Shown here piece after piece: positions 30,537-38,809 of a stretch of DNA of 64,000 nt. The stretch is taken from positions 1 to 64,000 of the forward strand of contig CAZETU010000005.1 in the NCBI GenBank assembly GCA_964514585.1, read 5' to 3'. The stretch's first letter is position 1. Each line of letters opens with the position of its first letter. The notes below the pieces were generated by a model. The model was not told the DNA's origin. It did no database searches and saw only the letters and a program-made list of their open reading frames with translations. This stretch comes from Candidatus Woesearchaeota archaeon (GTDB lineage: Archaea; Nanobdellota; Nanobdellia; Pacearchaeales; GW2011-AR1). The translations under genes and the position numbers were made by a program.

Positions 30537-30752
30537 ATGATAATAGGACTACTTCTAGGGCTAAGTATTGCAGTCGCACTAGCTTCAGCCGGAATAATCA
30601 TAACAGGCTTAACCGGAGCCCTCCAAGAAAATATCGTTACAGGAGCCGTCATAGGCACCACAGGAGCCATATCCTACGCAGTCATCACATTAATTATCTC
30701 ACTAGTTGCAGCATTCTTCTTGTCTCTAGTCCTCAAAAACCCAAGCCGATAA
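30537..30752 (+). CDS. Small membrane protein (71 aa)
   Basis: 3' part of track ORF 29871-30752: MIIGLLLG..IVTGAVIG..; two TM helices. Confidence 0.6.
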   Translation: MIIGLLLGLSIAVALASAGIIITGLTGALQENIVTGAVIGTTGAISYAVITLIISLVAAFFLSLVLKNPSR

Positions 30753-30941
30753 TTACAAATAATATATCTTAGCCTTTCCACTATCCTTAGACCTAATTTT
30801 CCCAAGGTCTACAAGACACCTAAGATAACCAAGAAGAACTGCTCGATTCATATTAGGCAACATCCTAGACAATTCCTTCTGAGTCAAAGGTTCCCCACTC
30901 TTTCTCAAATGAGAGATTATTTTTTGATTTATGGTTGGCAT
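30753..30941 (-). CDS. Small winged-helix protein
   Basis: LTQKELSRML..NRAVLLGYLRCLVDLGKI..AKIYY; the upstream MMRQTFK extension is IS-derived. Confidence 0.65.
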   Translation of the reverse strand: MPTINQKIISHLRKSGEPLTQKELSRMLPNMNRAVLLGYLRCLVDLGKIRSKDSGKAKIYYL

Positions 30942-30962
30942 ACGATATTGTAGACAATAGAC

Positions 30963-31628
30963 TTTAAAAGTTTGCCGCATCAAGAAATCTCCCTAGTTTA
31001 GTGGGGAGATGAATTGTGCTTCTAGTTGGCAAACTTTTGTCTTGGAAAATTATTTATTCTAGAAAGTATTAAAGAAAATAGGAAGTTAATCCTACTTTCT
31101 CGAATGTAAACGTAGTTGTAACTTTCTGAAACTAAATAAACTTATCGGAGATTAAAATGAAATTTGAAACACGTAGCTACGCACATGCCGTCGGGGAATT
31201 CAACTACCACATCCAATTGACAGTTGCTTACCGACGAGAGATTTTCTCAAACGAGAAAGTTTTGAGATTGACAAGAGCTTATCTCGTCGAGAAATTGAAA
31301 GAAATTAATGTCGAACTCGTTTGCTTAGAATTTGGTCCAGAGCATGTTCACCTTTTTGTGACGAACTGTAAAAATTATGCGCCTTGTCAGATTGTGCAAT
31401 TTTTGAAAGGTTTCTCGTCGAGAATGATGTGAAAGAATCACTTGGAACTCTTCAGGAATTTTCTTTGGGGCAAAAAGTTTTGGAGCGAAGGTTATTTTGC
31501 TAGGAGTATTGGATGTGTCACGACGGAGCGAGTTCGGTATTATATCGAAGATTCGCAAGGGAAGCATTGGGATTAGGTTTGGAAATTAGCTGGTCACGCT
31601 CCGGACTTCAGTCCGGGGTAGTTGACAA
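30963..31628 (+). mobile_element. IS200/IS605-family element (tnpA only), copy 1
   Basis: 666 bp shared with 59408-60073; subterminal hairpins ATCTCCC..GGGAGAT and CCGGACT..AGTCCGG-GGTAGTTGAC. Confidence 0.9.
31157..31576 (+). pseudogene. tnpA: IS200 Y1 transposase TnpA with in-frame TGA (31430-31432)
   Basis: HUH motif EHVHLF; frame continues after the TGA through FWSEGYF..YYIEDSQ (catalytic Tyr). Confidence 0.88.
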
Positions 31629-31693
31629 GATTTTCCAATCATAATACATCATATAGTATACTATAATAGATAAATAAAAACACCATCCATCCA

Positions 31694-31723
31694 GTCGCTC
31701 TCTTAATGCACTAAGAGAGCGAC
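31694..31723. terminator. Perfect 12-bp hairpin at the 3' end of the orphan operon
   Basis: GTCGCTCTCTTA-ATGCAC-TAAGAGAGCGAC. Confidence 0.6.
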
Positions 31724-31742
31724 CTTCGGGACGGGTTGGACG

Positions 31743-32279
31743 TTACTTGCTGCCGGCTGGCGTGACGTGTTCAGTGAGAGCAAAGTATGCGACAGATGGG
31801 AAGGAATCCCGAGTCTTTATCTCAAGCAAAACCATTTCCCTTCCATTTATCACAACTTTGTCTCCATTTTTAACGCCAGAGAGATTGACCTCTTCGGGCA
31901 GAGGGGGAATGGTCGATAGGGCCATCAGGTCCATCAGGTCCAATAGGCTGAAGACACCCATAGATAATGAAACCCCAACCAAATACTTTTCGCCTATAAT
32001 GCCAAGCAGACCTGAAATCCCATGCGAGACAATCCTGGACTCGCCACATTCGCAACCACCAAACATCACCCGATCGACGGTTGCGAGGTCTTCGAATCTC
32101 ACGGGCAAAACTGGCTCGTCCGAAAAACAGCCCATGAATTTTTGGTTGAGCATCTCAATAGACGCGGGATAATCGTTTGGGGTCATCAAAGCCTTCATGA
32201 CCCATTGGTTCCCTTCGCTCGCCTCAATGATCTTGGGAACGTTCGAAAACACTCTCTTGCTTGCCTTCTTTTCCGTCAT
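31743..32279 (-). CDS. Hypothetical protein (island)
   Basis: 178-aa ORF with SD-like AGGAAGGA upstream. Confidence 0.6.
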   Translation of the reverse strand: MTEKKASKRVFSNVPKIIEASEGNQWVMKALMTPNDYPASIEMLNQKFMGCFSDEPVLPVRFEDLATVDRVMFGGCECGESRIVSHGISGLLGIIGEKYLVGVSLSMGVFSLLDLMDLMALSTIPPLPEEVNLSGVKNGDKVVINGREMVLLEIKTRDSFPSVAYFALTEHVTPAGSK

Positions 32280-32322
32280 AAAATCAATCCTTCCTATGAA
32301 GCCCCAATTATTACTCTTGTTG

Positions 32323-32385
32323 AAACAAAAAACCCCGCACCATCAAGCTCTCCAAACTTCGAAGAAACTGTATCGGTACGGGGCT
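32323..32385 (-). terminator. Intrinsic-terminator-like hairpin with U tract
   Basis: Minus strand AGCCCCGTACC..GGTGCGGGGTT followed by TTTTGTTT. Confidence 0.55.
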
Positions 32386-32429
32386 CTTCGCCATAGCCCA
32401 GCCACCCCCTTAGCGGACTACCCGACCAC

Positions 32430-33059
32430 TTAGCAGTCTACCAGAATGCGCTCTTTAGGTGCACACTCCACAAGGCTGTTTTCCGTGTCAAACTCGAGAA
32501 TCACGAATTGTTTACCCTGAATTTTGACAACCTCCCCAATTTTTCCAAGGCACATCACGTGAAGATGTACAACGCCGCATTTTTTGGCCGCATCCTTGCT
32601 AGTCGCCCACGTGAATATAGGGATGTTGAATTTCTTGTGAGCTCCATTCGTAACCATGAGATACCCAGGCTGAAATCCTTCAACTCCCAGACAGATAGTC
32701 ATTTCTTCCTGTGCAATCGACGAGAGTTCAACTGGGCCATCCTCAACATTCTGAAAACAGTCCCTATGACTACGGGCAAGTTGTTTTGCCCTGTCAGATC
32801 CCAGGTCAACAAAGGATAGTTCCATGCGAAGACCATAATTCTCCACCTCGCATATACCCTTCCAATTTCTGTACAATACCTTTTTAGCCATAAGCCAATC
32901 CTTTTCGATATAGCCGTCTTCACCATTGAAACCAAAAAGCTCCGCGCCATGAAGTTCATCAAGGCAGTGCGTCATCCGTTGACGCGAAGCTAACCACAGA
33001 CCTCTACCCTTCCCTGTTAGAGGACTATATCGTCGACACTCACCTATCCGCGAACTCAT
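32430..33059 (-). CDS. Hypothetical protein (island)
   Basis: Start MSSRI overlaps the upstream stop (ATGA). Confidence 0.55.
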   Translation of the reverse strand: MSSRIGECRRYSPLTGKGRGLWLASRQRMTHCLDELHGAELFGFNGEDGYIEKDWLMAKKVLYRNWKGICEVENYGLRMELSFVDLGSDRAKQLARSHRDCFQNVEDGPVELSSIAQEEMTICLGVEGFQPGYLMVTNGAHKKFNIPIFTWATSKDAAKKCGVVHLHVMCLGKIGEVVKIQGKQFVILEFDTENSLVECAPKERILVDC

Positions 33060-33268
33060 CCCTTGGCGCGATCGATCCAAAGCGGGTCTTGATCAACAGT
33101 TACCACACCAAACAGCGGGACATACACCACGTGGCAAGCATAAGTTTCATTCGTTTTGTACAATACCCCACCTGGAACACGAAGGACCCAAGTGTAAGGT
33201 GTAATCCGAACATACTCATGCATCTTCAAATTCTTGAGTTCATCTACTGTTAACACCTTTATGTCCAT
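33056..33268 (-). CDS. Small hypothetical protein (island)
   Basis: MDIKVLT start preceded by SD-like AGGAAGGA. Confidence 0.5.
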   Translation of the reverse strand: MDIKVLTVDELKNLKMHEYVRITPYTWVLRVPGGVLYKTNETYACHVVYVPLFGVVTVDQDPLWIDRAKG

Positions 33269-33287
33269 AACAAATTCCTTCCTGGGA

Positions 33288-33845
33288 CTATATCCCAATA
33301 TCGTTGTCATTCGGACCGACACCGAACTCGACCAAGCGATTTATCTCGGCCTCCGTGATGTCAAGACCGTAATCCCCTATCCAGCCCTTCATTTCCTTCG
33401 CTTCTTCTTCTGGCGAAGACCATGGAGGGAAAGAGTCGAGACTCTCAAACATCTCAGTTCTCTTTTTCCCGAGCCGAACAATTTCAGCCTCGCGCTTTTC
33501 AATCTCCCTGTCCATCGCCTCGAGCATAACTCTCTCTAAGGAGACTTTCCTCTCCATCTCCCAAATTACAGAATCCCCCCATTCTGCTCCTTCCCTCTTC
33601 ATGATTTCGAGAATCCCAGAACTCTCGGCGAGATTCTTTTTGAGGAACCATCTTGAATCCCCCAAGAATCCCATCTGGGAATGAATCTTTTCCATCTCAG
33701 AAGAAAGCGCGGCAAACTGTCCCCTTGGACTTTCCCTATACTCCGCGTCATGTTTTCCGGCCACGTTCACCACCCACCCCATCAGACAAAAAATCAAGGC
33801 GATTACCACAACCAACAACAACAATCGTTTTTTCTCACGAGTCAT
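33288..33845 (-). CDS. Single-pass membrane coiled-coil protein (paralog of 36170-36724)
   Basis: N-terminal TM, LERVMLEAM heptads; GAGGTGAG SD. Confidence 0.65.
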   Translation of the reverse strand: MTREKKRLLLLVVVIALIFCLMGWVVNVAGKHDAEYRESPRGQFAALSSEMEKIHSQMGFLGDSRWFLKKNLAESSGILEIMKREGAEWGDSVIWEMERKVSLERVMLEAMDREIEKREAEIVRLGKKRTEMFESLDSFPPWSSPEEEAKEMKGWIGDYGLDITEAEINRLVEFGVGPNDNDIGI

Positions 33846-34218
33846 AACTCACCTCTTCTCTCTGGGAATCAATCCCGATACTGTTGTCTTCCACGACGTT
33901 CACGTCATTGGGCTCATTAGAATCATAAATGTCAAGAAGAGCCCGAGCCTCTTCAACGAGCCTCAGATTTTCCTCGAATCGAGCAGCCCGAGCATCCAGT
34001 GACAATTTTCTTTCTTCTCTCGACTTGCTCTCAAGGTTCTTCAGGAACTCACCCCATTCCGCCGCCGCCTCATCGACTTCGACATTCTTACCCACTCCCC
34101 CTCGAATCGCGATGAATTTTGGAGCAGTAATCCCAGCCAAAAACAAGAGAACAGCTACAGTAATTAGGAGGTCAAGAGGAGTAATCCCAAAGAACCACGT
34201 TCGCTTATGCCACTCCAT
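33835..34218 (-). CDS. Type IV pilin-like protein
   Basis: G|ITPLDLLITVAVLLFLAGITAPKF resembles the prepilin N-terminal helix. Confidence 0.5.
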   Translation of the reverse strand: MEWHKRTWFFGITPLDLLITVAVLLFLAGITAPKFIAIRGGVGKNVEVDEAAAEWGEFLKNLESKSREERKLSLDARAARFEENLRLVEEARALLDIYDSNEPNDVNVVEDNSIGIDSQREEVSYDS

Positions 34219-34392
34219 TATCCACCTACCTTCCCTACGTCCACCATGGTATCGTTTGCGTCCACTCCAGACGTCTCATTCGGATCACCCACCCCATTCG
34301 GATCACACCGAACATCATTAGGGTCAGTTTCCCATGACTTGTCAGCAAAATCACTAGCTAACAAGAATTTGATATGATAATCCTCAAGCTGT

Positions 34393-34475
34393 CTCTCACT
34401 AATAAAAGAGCCATCGGTTGCAGGCCCTAAAACCTACTCATGTTCGCCAATCCGAAGAAAGACTCCCTTCTTCAT
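34393..34475. repeat. Duplicated ~85-bp block (second copy at about 34934-35016) spanning a C-terminus, TAG and hairpin
   Basis: CTCTCACTAATAAAAGAGCCATCGGTTGCAGGCCCT(A/G)AAACCTACTC present twice. Confidence 0.85.
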
Positions 34476-34562
34476 CACGACCACCCCCAGCACCATCGCT
34501 ACAGCCCACCCCATAATCGCTTTCTTTATCGGGAGGGGGATACTACCTTTTTCATTCGACAT
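34434..34562 (-). CDS. 42-aa membrane peptide ending in a TAG, followed by a 71-codon open frame (to 34218)
   Basis: Hand translation MSNEKG..VMKKGVFLRIGEHE*; C-terminus paralogous to 34975 ORF. Confidence 0.45.
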   Translation of the reverse strand: MSNEKGSIPLPIKKAIMGWAVAMVLGVVVMKKGVFLRIGEHE

Positions 34563-34616
34563 CGTCCTGTCTCCTTTTATTGGGCTCATTCACATCGTCC
34601 CCTCACGCCAACTTCC

Positions 34617-34742
34617 CTAATCAATCCAGGTTAGCAACAGGAACAAAATAAACGGTAACAACAACGTCACCGCGATAACCCACCTCGGAATCCTCTTCCC
34701 CTTATATGTCAACATCTCAACCTTTCCTTCCTCGGAAATCAT
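34617..34742 (-). CDS. 41-aa single-TM peptide (absent from ORF track)
   Basis: Hand translation MISEEGK..RWVIAVTLLLPFILFLLLTWID*. Confidence 0.4.
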   Translation of the reverse strand: MISEEGKVEMLTYKGKRIPRWVIAVTLLLPFILFLLLTWID

Positions 34743-34974
34743 GTCCCGATATCGTTCACTTCCACAACACTTATCCAAAAACTAACCAAATACGACCTTT
34801 AAGTCGCAACGACAACAGCAATTGTAATACCACGTCGCGTATTCATACCTCACCGTCCTTTTCCAAGAGTGTCACGCAAATATTATGAGAGGCCTTCACA
34901 TAAAGACCTTATCTCACAACCCATAACCTCTGGCTCTCACTAATAAAAGAGCCATCGGTTGCAGGCCCTGAAAC

Positions 34975-35369
34975 CTACTCGTGCTCGTTCGGATCCAAAA
35001 AGACCCCCTTCTTCATCACAAACACCCCATAGGTTCCGCTATTAAGCTGGACATCCTCACCACTCTCAAAGTCTTTTCGAATCCCTTCTTCGGAGAAATT
35101 GAGCAAAGAGAGTTTCTGTGCCTTTTCCCAGTCTTTCGCCTCAATGTTGCAGAGAAATACCCACATCGTCCCAGACTCTTGATTCCCAGCGTCAGAGACA
35201 ATAAAATAAATCGCCCCCTTCCATCCGATAGGCTCAATTTTCTCAACGACAAACTCACCCCCATTCGCATCACCCACCCCATCTTTTCATCAATGGAACG
35301 AGTAGCTGCGAACGCCCTGCTAATATACCGACGAATTTCAGCTTTGACCCCACTTTTGTCGATTTTCAT
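34975..35369 (-). pseudogene. Hypothetical protein, apparently frameshifted at an A4 run near 35285
   Basis: SD-led MKIDKS..IDEK frame joins the DGVGDANGGEF..EHE frame if one A is added. Confidence 0.45.
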
Positions 35370-35525
35370 TGTTACACTCCCTTATATCCTTAGTCATCAT
35401 TTAGTTCATTTTGCACTCCCCAACACCCACTCCCAATCATTAGAGAACACTAAGGCAGCCTCTGCTCCTAAGCACGCAGTCCCAGAAGCTTTCAGAGCAG
35501 ATCCACCGCGTCATACACACGAGCA

Positions 35526-36119
35526 TCAGTTGCCATTCGCATCCACATCAAGCAAGACAAGTTCGCCCAACATATATGGCTCATTCGGATCAGGATTATC
35601 CGCCGCAATTCTTCTGATTGCATTGTCCATGAGACGCAGCCTATGTTTCCTGTTGAGCCGAATCATCCCTAGAACATGATACTCAAGAGGTTTCCATGTC
35701 GGAGCCTCATTAAGTCTCTCTGCAATAGTCTTCCTGACCACCGAAACCGAATTCATCTCTTCGTACAGTTCGACAAGCTTGACCTTCATCGCTTCAAGAA
35801 CCACTTTTCTCAGCGCGAGGTTCTTCCGAACTTCCATAATCCTCTCTTCTCCCCAGCCATCCCTCTGGAAAAATCTCAACATCTCCAACCAAGCTTCAAT
35901 CTCCAACTCGAGAATTTTCTTGTCGGTCTCAAGCTGACCGATATCAACCTGCAAATCGATTCCCATCATCAAGGTAGTATGCCACTGCCCCCGAAGACTA
36001 CTTCCCCCCTCTCTGTCCCCCTGATTTCGATTCATCAATGCCAAGACCATGGCACTTGCAATCCCAACAATCCCCAGCGTAATCAAAACCTGAATCGACA
36101 TACCTCCGCGTCGTCTCGT
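35526..36119 (-). CDS. Pilin/pseudopilin-like N-terminus plus coiled-coil protein
   Basis: RRRGG|MSIQVLITLGIVGIASAMVL; LRKVVLEAM heptads; the 5' coordinate may extend to 36125. Confidence 0.55.
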   Translation of the reverse strand, partial: TRRRGGMSIQVLITLGIVGIASAMVLALMNRNQGDREGGSSLRGQWHTTLMMGIDLQVDIGQLETDKKILELEIEAWLEMLRFFQRDGWGEERIMEVRKNLALRKVVLEAMKVKLVELYEEMNSVSVVRKTIAERLNEAPTWKPLEYHVLGMIRLNRKHRLRLMDNAIRRIAADNPDPNEPYMLGELVLLDVDANGN

Positions 36120-36169
36120 ATCCATATCCCACCTTTCCTTTCCCTATATTCCCCCGTTGCCATTCAGTT

Positions 36170-36724
36170 CTACTTCACAATATACAGCCACGTATTGGGG
36201 TCGATAAATTCGGCCAAGTTCTTAGGCCAATCAATCCCCTCTCCGTACATGACCAATTCAAGGTTCTTCTCGCTAAGACCCAGCTCATAGGTCTCATTAA
36301 GAGAAAAGACTACTTTCAACTCATCCCACTGAGTCACAGGAGGATCATCACTCACAATCCCACTCTTTTTTTCAAGAGCAACAATTGCAGCGATATGCTT
36401 CTTCTTCTTTTCACCAATCGCATCGAGCAAAATCCTTTTCACCAGGATGATACCCTCCAATCTCCTCAAGGCAGCCCCATCAGAGTAGAACCCCTTCTTC
36501 ATACTCTGTACAACCTTGCCCTTGTTCATCACGTGTCCATATATCTCAAGCTCCACAATACCCACTATCCTGTCGAGCTCACCAATTTTCCTAAGGAGCC
36601 CATCAATCTCTCCCGAAATATCGACATTACCCACCTCTTCTTCGAAAGGAGGAGAAAGAATTGTCACGCTCAAAATAATTACAATCCCCACAATCAGGAT
36701 ATATCTGTTCTTCCGACTGTTCAT
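36170..36724 (-). CDS. Single-pass membrane coiled-coil protein (paralog of 33288-33845)
   Basis: N-terminal TM; VKRILLDAI and YELGLSEKNLELVMYGEG. Confidence 0.65.
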   Translation of the reverse strand: MNSRKNRYILIVGIVIILSVTILSPPFEEEVGNVDISGEIDGLLRKIGELDRIVGIVELEIYGHVMNKGKVVQSMKKGFYSDGAALRRLEGIILVKRILLDAIGEKKKKHIAAIVALEKKSGIVSDDPPVTQWDELKVVFSLNETYELGLSEKNLELVMYGEGIDWPKNLAEFIDPNTWLYIVK

Positions 36725-36976
36725 AAAACACCAACCTTCCCATATGTCCCGTCATCATCCAGTTCGTTTAGCACTCTCCAAAACCCTCTCCAAAAATTGG
36801 AGAATACAAAAAGCAGAGCTCTGCCCCTCAGACATCTCCTCCTCCATGAAAAGAGTCTTTGAGGCAGAGCCCATATGCTACTCGGCGAAACAAAAGCGAA
36901 CTCTACTCCTACGGCTTTGCAGCAGCCAGAAGAAAGCTTTCAAAGTAAAGCTCGCCAAAAATACAACCTCGGCGAA

Positions 36977-37900
36977 TTAGTCGTCCAATCGGCTCCGTTC
37001 AACGGCGACAGCTATAGCCATCTCTTTCGCAAGATCAGTCTTCAATCGCTCGATCCGCCCCTGCTTTTCACCGGAGTAATTATCGAGAACCACAAGATCA
37101 TTCCTACATTTCCCGATTCTCTGATAAAGGACATCGATTTCTAGACCAAGCCGTTCGACGATGTCCCAGCCGCGACGTTTCTCTGAAACAGAGCGTGTCT
37201 TCATGGCTAGTTTCACTTTCTCTACGGCTACCGCCTTCCGAAGCCTGTCGCCTTTCATCTCGACGATCTCGTCCTCGATATCCTTTCTCGAGACAACCAT
37301 CTCCTTCAGTTCCTCTTCGCCCTCACTGATAGCTCGTTCGATTCTGACTATCTCGAATCCGCTCGGCAAAGTCACCCCAACCCCAACCGCTTCATATGGG
37401 TCAATCGCCACCCGCTCTTCAACAATTGGTTCCTCAGGCTCGGTGGCAATCATCTCTTCGACCCCATCCACAACGACAGTCGTAGTCGGCGCCACCGGCT
37501 CATTCGGATCATCCACAACGACAGTCGTAGTCGGCGCCACACTGTTCACGTCAGCAGCCACGATAAGGCCATCACGACCGAATTGCTTAGGCAACTCCCT
37601 GGCAAGCTTAGGCAACTCCCTGGCAATCATCCAGCCTACAATACCCAGCGCCGCAAAACCTATCGCGAGAAAAGCGAAACCGCCAAAAGAAAGATCCTCC
37701 ATGAAGGGAGTTTTCTTCCTCTTCTTAATAACCCTTTTCGCCTTCGCCGTAGCCCTTTTCGCCTTCGGCGTAACCCTTTTCGCCTTCGGCGTAACCCTTT
37801 TCGCCTTCGCCGTAACCCTTTTCGCCTTCGCCGTAGCTTTCTTCGCCGTAGCCCTTTTCGCCTTCGCCGTCTTCTTAATTACCTTCGTCATAATACACAT
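36977..37900 (-). CDS. Membrane protein with Lys/Ala-rich repeat N-terminus and C-terminal coiled coil
   Basis: (AKAKRVT)n, one TM segment, duplicated VAPTTTVVVD, heptad C-terminus. Confidence 0.7.
   Translation of the reverse strand: MCIMTKVIKKTAKAKRATAKKATAKAKRVTAKAKRVTPKAKRVTPKAKRATAKAKRVIKKRKKTPFMEDLSFGGFAFLAIGFAALGIVGWMIARELPKLARELPKQFGRDGLIVAADVNSVAPTTTVVVDDPNEPVAPTTTVVVDGVEEMIATEPEEPIVEERVAIDPYEAVGVGVTLPSGFEIVRIERAISEGEEELKEMVVSRKDIEDEIVEMKGDRLRKAVAVEKVKLAMKTRSVSEKRRGWDIVERLGLEIDVLYQRIGKCRNDLVVLDNYSGEKQGRIERLKTDLAKEMAIAVAVERSRLDD
37731..37871. repeat. 21-bp tandem repeat, about 6.7 copies
   Basis: Unit RCCCTTTTCGCCTTCGSCGTA. Confidence 0.9.
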
Positions 37901-38015
37901 CCTTTTTCAGTTACTGAATATTTTGATGGATTCCCACGCGAGAATCCTTCATCTCAACAACCCAAAACCTCAGGCCCCATAACAAGAACCCAAGAGTCCA
38001 CGCTGTTTCCCAGAA

Positions 38016-38513
38016 TCAACACTCAACACCCAATCCTGCAGACACCCCGAGAACCAACCCTATGCCCATACATAGCCCGAATCCAAGAACCATAAAAACC
38101 ATATCCGGCTCTCCGATTAGTGCATTAGACACCCCGATACTCGGCACAACAATCAATACCATACACAGTCCAGTAAGATTCCCACAAACCAACGCATGAA
38201 TCAATCCATGTCTACTAGGAGGTCTCAGATTTCCCAATCCTCCCTTTCGCCAAGCCACAAAGAAAATAACGGCGAGGCTTATCAGTACACATTCAACCCA
38301 CAACAAAACCAATCCTCCCAATACAACAAAGAAGAGTTGCCCCCCCAAATTCCTTAAGCCAAAAACCTGGAGGAAAAAACCAACAATCAAAGCCCCATTA
38401 GAAATTGCCGCCACACTAATGGCAATCGAGAAAAAACCAATACGTCTTCGCATCAACACAGTACACCTACTTTCTAAGTAACCTATTCCGCATATTTCGA
38501 GGGATTTCCACAC
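38016..38513 (-). CDS. Hypothetical multi-pass membrane protein (island)
   Basis: Four hydrophobic segments. Confidence 0.5.
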   Translation of the reverse strand: MWKSLEICGIGYLESRCTVLMRRRIGFFSIAISVAAISNGALIVGFFLQVFGLRNLGGQLFFVVLGGLVLLWVECVLISLAVIFFVAWRKGGLGNLRPPSRHGLIHALVCGNLTGLCMVLIVVPSIGVSNALIGEPDMVFMVLGFGLCMGIGLVLGVSAGLGVEC

Positions 38514-38809
38514 GAAAATCCTTTCTCTCGTAAAGTTCTTACTATAAAAATCTCCGAAATGCCCTCGCTAAAACAAGCTATTTCCTAGCTGTTTCAGGGT
38601 ATTCCGTTTTCATTTCAACAAATTGTTTCCAACCTGTATCAAATCCCACAAATCTCTAGAGAATCAACACAAAATTCTGCGCGTCATCAGTGGTACAAAT
38701 AGTAACGTAAGTTACGAATGTGGGTGCCAAAAGGCCTAATTTAATAATAGAATAAACACCAACTTTCACTATAAAAACCTTACTATTTGTTACTATTTGC
38801 AAATGACAA

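Noticed and set aside
30942-30983. N-terminal MMRQTFK extensions of ORFs 30753-30983 and 59111-59428 as a shared protein motif
   Set aside because: Encoded by the reverse strand of the IS end, not by the host genes
34393-35016. CRISPR array suggested by the repeated 45-bp sequence
   Set aside because: Only two copies about 540 bp apart, with ORFs between; no cas genes
35016-35369. 117-aa ORF as an independent gene
   Set aside because: Its 3' part overlaps the better-looking 34975 frame; more likely one frameshifted gene
31650-38800. Provirus call for the high-GC island
   Set aside because: No integrase, packaging ATPase, capsid, replication gene or flanking att repeat could be recognised
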